Source of the DNA: a virus
Lineage: Duplodnaviria > Heunggongvirae > Uroviricota > Caudoviricetes
Virus record (IMG/VR): IMGVR_UViG_3300033075_001920
Reading direction: 5' to 3' (one strand)
DNA length: 64,000 bases
In this document: one piece after another, positions 47,531 to 54,507 of the stretch
Position numbering within the stretch: the first letter of the stretch is position 1
How the letters are laid out: each line of letters opens with the position of its first letter
The notes under the pieces: model-generated
Told to the model about the DNA's origin: nothing
What the model saw: only the letters and a program-made list of their open reading frames with translations
Database searches by the model: none
Translations under genes and position numbers: made by a program

Positions 47531-47558
47531 CCGTTATGCACCTAGTTGTAAAACTTAA

Positions 47559-50474
47559 GTGGATAATACGCATTTATCCATTTTAGCTTTGCCGAACCAT
47601 ATGAAAAATATATTTTTAATGCTGTTCTGCCTTTTGTCTCAGATCAGCTTCGGACAAACTCCGACCGACACCATCTATCTGAATGGGAAGACAAAAACGA
47701 CATTCAGCCTTGGCAAAACAATACCATTTTATTACATCGATTGCATTCAGTTCACAACAAGAACCACTTCCAGATCTATTTCGGGAGTTGGAACAGTAGT
47801 TTTTAAATCCGATGGCTCAGGCTACATTACGCCTTCATCAGCCGCTTATACTGCCAAATGGGATTACTATGTTTCAAATTGTGGATATGAAAAAAGGCAT
47901 CTTTTTTTTATGCAGAAGCCTACCATCCCGCCCCCGCCGGCCAATAAAGTACCTATACCAATATCAGATGCTTATACGATAGATCAAGATGCTACACTTT
48001 CTGAAAATATACTTATCAATGATTCAGATCCGGATTCAGATCCAATAACAGTTGCCTCATTTGCAATAAACGGAATTATTTATTCTCCCGGCACTCAGGT
48101 TATCCCATCGGTTGGAACTATAACCATTTTATCTTCCGGAGCACTATCTTTTTTAAATGCCGCAGGTATAACAGGAGATATTCCTATTATCAGTTATCTT
48201 ATCAAAGACAGTAAAGGAGCGCAAGCTGCATCATCTGTTTTAATTTCTGTAAAATCCAAACCGACCCTTCCGCCCAATACATTTGTTCTGGATAAAACAT
48301 CTACTACTTCAGCAGGAGTATACATCGGCAATAAACTAATCAGAACCCTTTGGAACAATGTTTCTAAACCGGCAGGCACTTATACCGTATCCTGGGATGG
48401 AAAAGACGATGCAGGGAACACAGCTCCTCCGGGAGGAAAAATAGCAGTTCTTTACCATCAGATGACCTACCAGTGGAAGGCAAGTATTGGAAATTCTTCC
48501 AGAGTGGATACAGGTTCTCATAAGCTCAGAGGGTTACGCACCCCGTTTGCTGGAGTTGAGGCTGGTGGCTACATTTATATATGTAAAGGTAACACAGAAG
48601 GTAACAGCCCGATATTCAAAATAGCCAAGTCGGATCCTCAATATATGTATTCTCTCCGTGAATCAGGTTGTGGGGATTGCGATATGCAAACTGAGTTTGT
48701 AGCCTCGGATGGTAATTTGGTTTATTGGGCAGGTTATGACGCTTGGACCGGTTACTGGCCTGTTACCAATAAAGTTCCACCGGATACCAATTCAAGAGTA
48801 AAGTCGATTATCTATGCGACCAAGGTAAGCGATGATCAGGATTATACATTTCCATCCGGAAAAAAGACAAAAGCTTCCCTTGCGGCATGTAATACATATT
48901 CCGGCATTGGTATAGTGCTGGACGATGACCTTGCCCGCCCTACGGGTCTTGCTGTCATGTCCACGGGGAATTATCTGTATTCTACCCATCTGGGCAAGTC
49001 GTGGGTTAGGTGCTATAATAAGACTACCGGTTCGCTGATAAGAACAATGGTCAATACTTTATCCAATATTGCAATCGATGGCAATTATCTGTATGGAATA
49101 AGCGGATCAACCATTAAAAAATATGCAATTAATTCAGATGGCACCCTGACAGATCAGAATGTAAATATTGCCATGCAAAGTCCTTTAAATATCTCTGTAA
49201 AAAATGGCACAATCATGGTCATAGAGGCAGCAACACAGCAGGTCTTAGCATACAATACCTCGGGTGTACTTCAATGGACTCTTGGTCAAAGCGGAGGATA
49301 TAAATCTAACCCTTATGTCAGCGCAGACAGGTTTAACTTCATAGAATTTAATAGAGATGAAAAAAAAGGATTTATTATACCTCAGGCAGATGGTTCGTTT
49401 TGGGTAGGAGATGCAGGCAATTGCAGAACTATCCATTTTGCAGCCGACAGAACGTATATTGAAAATGTAGCATATCTTCCTACCAATTATAATTGTGGAG
49501 TTGATCAGAATGCCCCTACAAGGGTATTTGCCGGATTTTTAGAATACGATGGACCTACCGGAACACTGGTAGCTAATTGGAGCGCAAACCTAACAGCCAA
49601 CTACAATTACATTGATAATCGTGCAATTTTTTCAAGCATACAAACCATATTAGGCAGAACCTATGGATTGATACTTTATTATCCAAATCCACCTTCTTCT
49701 GAAAATGTCGCTCAGGAATTAGTAGAACTTACATCCACGGGAATCAGGTTTACCGGCATTCGAAGGAATAATGACAATCGCTATGTATTTGACAAAAACG
49801 GCGATTTGCTGCATCCGGAAAGCGATTACTACGCATTATCGGGCACCGGAAAAATCATCCGGGAAAGATTTACAGGAATTAATACTTCAGGTAATCCTAC
49901 CTTTTCAGCTCCGGAAACCTTGTACACCTTTCCACTTGGTAAAAATTATCCTTCCTATGCTTCTTTGAACTATGGCACTAATGCCAAAGGAATTGTATTT
50001 TCGGATCATTATAATAATACCGGTTATCACTTAGGACGCATTGAAAACGGACAATGGATATGGATGACATGCAAATCTACTTCCAGAAACTATACTGGGG
50101 ATATGCCTACGGATGGCACCTTTGATTGCGGGAATGGAACACAGTATGCAGGATGGAATCTTTATAACATAGATTCATTTTTTGTCTGGTCTTTTCATGG
50201 AGAATTTTGGAAAAACTCTCAAACCAATATATGGAATCTGTTTCATGAGGATGGTTTAATGCTTATGCAGCTGGGTAAAACCGGTCCGCAGGCAGACATC
50301 TATAATGGAGGACATGATGCACCCAGGGAAGCTGCTGGAAACATGCTTGGAGGCCAGATTGTTAAAATCGGAAACGATTACTGGATCTTCTATTGCGATG
50401 AATCCAGACATGGTGCTATACATTACTTTAGGATATCCGGGGCAAACACGGTAAAAATAATTTATTTAAAATAA
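47559..50474 (+). CDS. secreted multidomain protein (signal peptide, Big/cadherin-like Ig, FlgD-Ig, beta-propeller); start likely 47601
   Basis: MKNIFLMLFCLLSQISFGQ; SDAYTIDQD..NILINDSDPD; LIRTL..YTVSWDGKDDAG. Confidence 0.82.
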   Translation: MDNTHLSILALPNHMKNIFLMLFCLLSQISFGQTPTDTIYLNGKTKTTFSLGKTIPFYYIDCIQFTTRTTSRSISGVGTVVFKSDGSGYITPSSAAYTAKWDYYVSNCGYEKRHLFFMQKPTIPPPPANKVPIPISDAYTIDQDATLSENILINDSDPDSDPITVASFAINGIIYSPGTQVIPSVGTITILSSGALSFLNAAGITGDIPIISYLIKDSKGAQAASSVLISVKSKPTLPPNTFVLDKTSTTSAGVYIGNKLIRTLWNNVSKPAGTYTVSWDGKDDAGNTAPPGGKIAVLYHQMTYQWKASIGNSSRVDTGSHKLRGLRTPFAGVEAGGYIYICKGNTEGNSPIFKIAKSDPQYMYSLRESGCGDCDMQTEFVASDGNLVYWAGYDAWTGYWPVTNKVPPDTNSRVKSIIYATKVSDDQDYTFPSGKKTKASLAACNTYSGIGIVLDDDLARPTGLAVMSTGNYLYSTHLGKSWVRCYNKTTGSLIRTMVNTLSNIAIDGNYLYGISGSTIKKYAINSDGTLTDQNVNIAMQSPLNISVKNGTIMVIEAATQQVLAYNTSGVLQWTLGQSGGYKSNPYVSADRFNFIEFNRDEKKGFIIPQADGSFWVGDAGNCRTIHFAADRTYIENVAYLPTNYNCGVDQNAPTRVFAGFLEYDGPTGTLVANWSANLTANYNYIDNRAIFSSIQTILGRTYGLILYYPNPPSSENVAQELVELTSTGIRFTGIRRNNDNRYVFDKNGDLLHPESDYYALSGTGKIIRERFTGINTSGNPTFSAPETLYTFPLGKNYPSYASLNYGTNAKGIVFSDHYNNTGYHLGRIENGQWIWMTCKSTSRNYTGDMPTDGTFDCGNGTQYAGWNLYNIDSFFVWSFHGEFWKNSQTNIWNLFHEDGLMLMQLGKTGPQADIYNGGHDAPREAAGNMLGGQIVKIGNDYWIFYCDESRHGAIHYFRISGANTVKIIYLK

Positions 50475-50514
50475 TTTTGTTATTTCAATAATAGTAATTA
50501 TAATTGCAGTGCAA

Positions 50515-50601
50515 ATGAGCAAAAACGTCAATATAGCCGGCATGAATAAAGATTGGAGAGGAATTCTTCACTCAGGGGCTCTATTGCGCACAATGATATA
50601 A
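50515..50601 (+). CDS. leader peptide 3: MSKNVNIAGMNKDWRGILHSGALLRTMI
   Basis: codons 3-17 use only K,N,V,I,A,G,M,D,W,R, the amino acids of the downstream tRNAs. Confidence 0.85.
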   Translation: MSKNVNIAGMNKDWRGILHSGALLRTMI

Positions 50602-50625
50602 AACCGTTCGGAAACGCGCCAAGAA

Positions 50626-50655
50626 AAGCCCCAGAGAAATCTGGGGTTTTTTTTT
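50626..50655 (+). terminator. attenuator terminator of third tRNA operon
   Basis: AAGCCCCAGA-GAAA-TCTGGGGTTTTTTTTT. Confidence 0.88.
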
Positions 50656-50692
50656 GCACTTATGTTCTTTGACATTTAAATAGTTTCATTAC

Positions 50693-50765
50693 GGGCCCGA
50701 AGCCAACGGCAGGCCGGCTGCTTTGCAAGCAGATCGTTTGGGTTCAACTCCCACGGTGTCCACCA
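50693..50765 (+). tRNA. trnA: tRNA-Ala (TGC)
   Basis: loop TTTGCAA, G3:U70, CCA. Confidence 0.85.
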
Positions 50766-50857
50766 GTTGGCTCATTTTTGAGCCAGTTAGTGTCTCAAAA
50801 ATCATTGATTATGAGACGCAATGTAGTTTTGTGGCTCATTTTTGAGCCACAAAACAG

Positions 50858-50968
50858 GTAGTGGGTCGATCACCGGATATATCCATTCTTATGGTAAATG
50901 CTAGGTTCGAATCCTGCCGGCGGGTTGCCCTCTAAAATTGGAAGGGGAACCCGCCGTAGACTCACTAC
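50858..50968 (+). ncRNA. circularly permuted tRNA-like element Z (opened at D-loop)
   Basis: 10-bp GTAGTGGGTC/GACTCACTAC stem; TTCGAAT T-loop; CGGCGGG..CCCGCCG-TA acceptor. Confidence 0.6.
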
Positions 50969-50976
50969 TTTTTTAC

Positions 50977-51052
50977 TCTCCTTTAGTTCAGTCCGGCTAG
51001 AACATCCCACTTTTAATGGGTAAGGTCACTGGTTCAAATCCAGTAGGGAGAA
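50977..51052 (+). tRNA. trnK: tRNA-Lys (TTT)
   Basis: loop CTTTTAA. Confidence 0.9.
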
Positions 51053-51058
51053 CAATAA

Positions 51059-51133
51059 GCAGATCTAGCTCAATTTGGACAGAGCAACGGCCTTCTAATC
51101 CGTAGGTTTGGGGTTCGAATCCCTGGTTCTGCA
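51059..51133 (+). tRNA. trnR: tRNA-Arg (TCT)
   Basis: loop CTTCTAA. Confidence 0.85.
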
Positions 51134-51144
51134 CAAGCAAATAT

Positions 51145-51215
51145 ACGTCTGTGGTGTAATGGTAGCATAAGTGATTCCAAACCATTTGATGGCAGTTCGA
51201 ATCTGTCCGGGCGTG
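51145..51215 (+). tRNA. trnW: tRNA-Trp (CCA)
   Basis: loop TTCCAAA. Confidence 0.85.
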
Positions 51216-51271
51216 CAAATTTAGTTCATTTATGAAAAAGACTAAATTTAGTGTTACAGCTAAATTTCTAT

Positions 51272-51346
51272 AGAAGTATGGCCAAGTTGGTAAAGGCATC
51301 TCACTGATAATGAGAAAATGCGGAGGTTCAAATCCTTCTACTTCTA
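51272..51346 (+). tRNA. trnI: tRNA-Ile (GAT)
   Basis: loop CTGATAA. Confidence 0.9.
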
Positions 51347-51355
51347 CAAATATAT

Positions 51356-51427
51356 TGCGGGGTGGAGTAGCGGTAGCTTGCTGGGCTCATAACCCAAAGG
51401 TCGCGGGTTCGAATCCCGCTCCCGCAA
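51356..51427 (+). tRNA. trnM: tRNA-Met (CAT), initiator-like body
   Basis: three G-C pairs in anticodon stem; U1:A72. Confidence 0.85.
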
Positions 51428-51431
51428 CATC

Positions 51432-51502
51432 AAGATTGGGTGGCGTGAATAACCAATAAGCGCGACATGTGCACCCAGCGCATGCTAATGACATCCAATC
51501 TT
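51432..51502 (+). ncRNA. unidentified structured RNA between tRNAs
   Basis: closing stem AAGATTGG/CCAATCTT. Confidence 0.35.
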
Positions 51503-51509
51503 TATTCAT

Positions 51510-51582
51510 GCACGATATAGCTCAATTGGCTAGAGTATCTGACTTCCAATCAGAGGGTGCGGTTCGAATCCGATATTGTGCT
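51510..51582 (+). tRNA. trnG: tRNA-Gly (TCC)
   Basis: loop CTTCCAA. Confidence 0.9.
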
Positions 51583-51629
51583 CGTAGAGGCGAGAAGCCG
51601 CAGTTAAAGTTCTGCTTAAAAACTTACAT

Positions 51630-51705
51630 TCTCTGGTAGCTCAGCCTGGTTTAGAGCAAATCCCTTACAAGGATAAGGTCGTTGGTTCGAATCCAACCCG
51701 GAGAA
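51630..51705 (+). tRNA. trnV: tRNA-Val (TAC)
   Basis: loop CTTACAA. Confidence 0.88.
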
Positions 51706-51715
51706 CAAGATTATT

Positions 51716-51791
51716 GGACCTTTAGCTCAGTCTGGTTAGTAGCAACTCACTCATAATGAGAAGGCCGGTGGTTCAAATCCATCAGGGTCCA
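51716..51791 (+). tRNA. tRNA (CAT): Ile2 (lysidine) or elongator Met
   Basis: loop CTCATAA; ATA codon in leader peptide 3 favours Ile2. Confidence 0.8.
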
Positions 51792-51859
51792 CAACATGCA
51801 TAAAAAATCACTGTTTTCTGTACATGTTTAAGTTATATGCACTGATTTTGTGCATTTAT

Positions 51860-51945
51860 TGTGCCTTGACCGAGTGGCCGATGGTAGCAGACTGTTAATC
51901 TGCCGGGAGTAATCCCCATCGTAGGTTCGAATCCTACAGGTACAG
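51860..51945 (+). tRNA. trnN: tRNA-Asn (GTT) with long variable arm
   Basis: loop CTGTTAA; variable arm GGGA-GTAA-TCCC. Confidence 0.85.
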
Positions 51946-51954
51946 CAAATAATA

Positions 51955-52032
51955 CGGTTCTATAGGGGAGTCCGGCCGTCCCCGTCTGCCTGTCACGCAG
52001 AAGACCACGGATTCGAATTCCGTTAGAACCGC
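51955..52032 (+). tRNA. trnD: tRNA-Asp (GTC)
   Basis: loop CTGTCAC. Confidence 0.85.
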
Positions 52033-52034
52033 AA

Positions 52035-52162
52035 AGGTCATTGTGTATAAAAAGACGAGTGCTGATCAGCAGATTTTTGGAGTCCAATCCCAAAAATTAC
52101 ATACGTGAGGTAGACAAGATTCCCGATGCAATATCCGTTAATGCTGATTTGCACAATGACCT
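52035..52162 (+). ncRNA. putative 128-nt structured RNA at end of tRNA operon
   Basis: 12-bp closing stem AGGTCATTGTGT/GCACAATGACCT. Confidence 0.5.
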
Positions 52163-52424
52163 GGCAAAAAAAAACCTTTTAAGCCAAATAAGGATAGGCT
52201 GAACTTCTATTATTTTCCAATTCTTCCTTAGACCTGACTTTAAAATTGAAAAGAGGCGCATTAGGTTTGATAAACAATATGAATGCCATATCACCGGCAA
52301 CTACATAAGCTGCAGTGGAATTATGTGTTACAATTTCTTTCATATTATTTTCAAAGGTCTTTAATTTTTAGCTTTTTTTCAAAAATAAAAAAGCGGAAGC
52401 ACTTTAAAATACTTCCGCCCCTTA

Positions 52425-52751
52425 GGTGGAGCTGGGGGGCTTCGAACCCCCGTCCGGTCGCAGGAACCCTTACATATTTATAGTAATAGAGAGATTAAGA
52501 CCTCACAAACCATGATGGGTATTTTGAATTTCTTTCAAAATTCTGTGCAAATAGTCGCTTGCATCAATTTTGCGGATTTGTGACACCGCGGTTTCACCTT
52601 AGGCGGCAAGCTTAACGCTGGCGGGCTGAGGACGGAAAGCAATCACTTTGCAGTTTTTGTCTTTTGTTTTATGAATGTTGTTTTAGCAGTGCAAACAAAC
52701 TGCTACTAAATGTAAGAACTCATATCTACCCCGTCAATTCCAGTCAACCCC
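52425..52751 (-). ncRNA. ssrA: tmRNA
   Basis: 5' GGGGTTGACTGGAATTGAC; 3' GGTTCGAAG..CAGCTCCACC with G3:U70; tag ...KNCKVIAFRPQPASVKLAA*; promoter TATCTTTG at 52756-63. Confidence 0.92.
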
Positions 52752-52852
52752 GCTTCAAAGATAAAATAGCACTTGCACTTATGCAAATCCAAAAGTTTGT
52801 TTCTTTGTTTTTTCAATTTATTTTTGTAAAGGATATAAAACCAACGTAATCC

Positions 52853-53377
52853 GTGCAAAAAACATTAAATCAGAGATATGGTCACCTTCTGGGCACATCT
52901 CCTCTGACAGATATACTTGATAATAAGGTAGTTGAAACATCTGCCATGTTTGAAGTAGGAGGATCTGTTCAGGGTAAAGGAGTCAATCCCTCGGATGGTA
53001 AAAGAGGAGGGTATTTTAAGGGTCGATCGCACAGGGAAGGTGGAATTAAGGCATACAATGTTACCACCGGTCAGCCAATCGAAGTGGAAGGCGATGAAGT
53101 AATCATTACCAAACCAGCAGTATTGGACGAAACAAAAAGAGAATTTGAGGGAGAGATGCTCACTAATAAAGAAATTCTTTCCCGGATAAACGAAGGTGGA
53201 GGCGGAGTAAAGTTCGAAGATGGCGGAGAAATTGAAAGATGCGCATGCGGCGGAAAAACTTACAAATATGGCGGAGAAGTTCTTGAAGACAGTATAATTA
53301 TTTCAAGACTTGAAAGAGATTACCAGGAACGGGAAATCAGCCGTGCCTACAAACAATTTTTAAGTAAAATACGATAA
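52853..53377 (+). CDS. hypothetical protein with GRSHREGGI/EVEGDE motif and FEDGG/YKYGG motifs
   Basis: ORF. Confidence 0.75.
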   Translation: MQKTLNQRYGHLLGTSPLTDILDNKVVETSAMFEVGGSVQGKGVNPSDGKRGGYFKGRSHREGGIKAYNVTTGQPIEVEGDEVIITKPAVLDETKREFEGEMLTNKEILSRINEGGGGVKFEDGGEIERCACGGKTYKYGGEVLEDSIIISRLERDYQEREISRAYKQFLSKIR

Positions 53378-54507
53378 TGGCAAAAGAAAAAGGCAAAATA
53401 AGCTTTAAGGCATGGGGAGTAGACTTTGTTGATATTCCATACATGAAAGGTGACTACTGGGAAAAACAACCGGAAAGAATATATCTTGGTGTAGCCGGCA
53501 CTGCCGCTATGGTTCGCCAGTTTCTAAAAGCTTTGTATCCAGGAGTAAAATTTTGGGTAAAGTCTGAGAGTTATTCAATGGGAAATTCTATCAATGCTTA
53601 TAGCTGGGGTTTTCCTGAGAATGAAGAAGCTGCCAGAGTAATAGATCGAGAACTCTCTGCTAAATTTCAAGAAGGCCATTTCAATAGCATGGAAGATATT
53701 TATGAGTATGGTAAAATGGAAGAGATTAAAACCGATGATGGTAGGACTATTGACTATGGCACTAAGTATATGCATTATTATACCAAACCGCCATACGGCT
53801 CTCCAGAATACAATTTACCACCACCGGATTATAGCAAGATAGGAAACACAAAAAAAGAAGTTCCCCGTGGAACAGGATCAGGCAAAAAATGGAAAAAGTT
53901 TGAGAAAAAGCCTGACGTAATCAAAGACAGTGGAGATTATAAACTCTTAGTCAAGCTCACAACAGGTTGGGAATTGTTTTACAAGGAAGAACCTTCCGGT
54001 GATGTTGAAATGGTTTTCAAATTCAATTATTCAGTTGGAAAGGCAGTTTACGACAAAGAGAAGTGGTCTAAATTAAAAAGCCTATTGGAATCAACAGGAT
54101 TAATCTGGTCGCTTCGCTTAAAAGGATTTTTCCTTTCGCAAGACAGAGGCGGTGTTCAGTCCTTGGTTGTAAATAAGCAGTATGCAATAGAACAATTGCT
54201 GGATGCGGCTTCCGGAATAGCATGGCCTTACGTGGACAATCTTTTTGCTGAAAATGGATATAAGAGAGTTTTAGATCAGGCTGTGGTCAACTATGATGTT
54301 ACTGACGGGAAACTTCAAATATTAAGTGAAGGTAAAATACAGCCCCAGCCAGATCCTGAACCCGTTCCGGCACCAACACCCAAACTTTCAGGAAAAGAAG
54401 AAATCGCTCAAATGATAAAATCGCTTTACACGCTCAATAAGCTATCGCCGAGCGATGAAATTACTAAAAAAATAAAAGCCCTCGAAACTTTACAAAAATA
54501 CTCATGA
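53377..54507 (+). CDS. LPD29 (large polyvalent protein-associated) domain protein
   Basis: VRQFLKALYPGVKFWVKSESYSMGNSI...FNSMEDIYEY. Confidence 0.75.
   Translation: MAKEKGKISFKAWGVDFVDIPYMKGDYWEKQPERIYLGVAGTAAMVRQFLKALYPGVKFWVKSESYSMGNSINAYSWGFPENEEAARVIDRELSAKFQEGHFNSMEDIYEYGKMEEIKTDDGRTIDYGTKYMHYYTKPPYGSPEYNLPPPDYSKIGNTKKEVPRGTGSGKKWKKFEKKPDVIKDSGDYKLLVKLTTGWELFYKEEPSGDVEMVFKFNYSVGKAVYDKEKWSKLKSLLESTGLIWSLRLKGFFLSQDRGGVQSLVVNKQYAIEQLLDAASGIAWPYVDNLFAENGYKRVLDQAVVNYDVTDGKLQILSEGKIQPQPDPEPVPAPTPKLSGKEEIAQMIKSLYTLNKLSPSDEITKKIKALETLQKYS

Noticed and set aside
47542-47553. CTAGTTGTAAAA as a self-target of guide locus A
   Set aside because: It complements the repeat end plus only 3 nt of spacer, which is too short. 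More likely a fold-back or an inverted repeat remnant.
45088-50655. T-box riboswitches ahead of the tRNA operons
   Set aside because: No T-box AGGGTGGNACC motif; leader ORFs plus anti-terminators explain the structure better.
43237-52849. ORF-track entries overlapping tRNAs or tmRNA (43237, 44339, 44762, 44776, 45630, 45644, 45944, 45951, 50997, 51833, 52097, 52283, 52664)
   Set aside because: Spurious frames across RNA genes.
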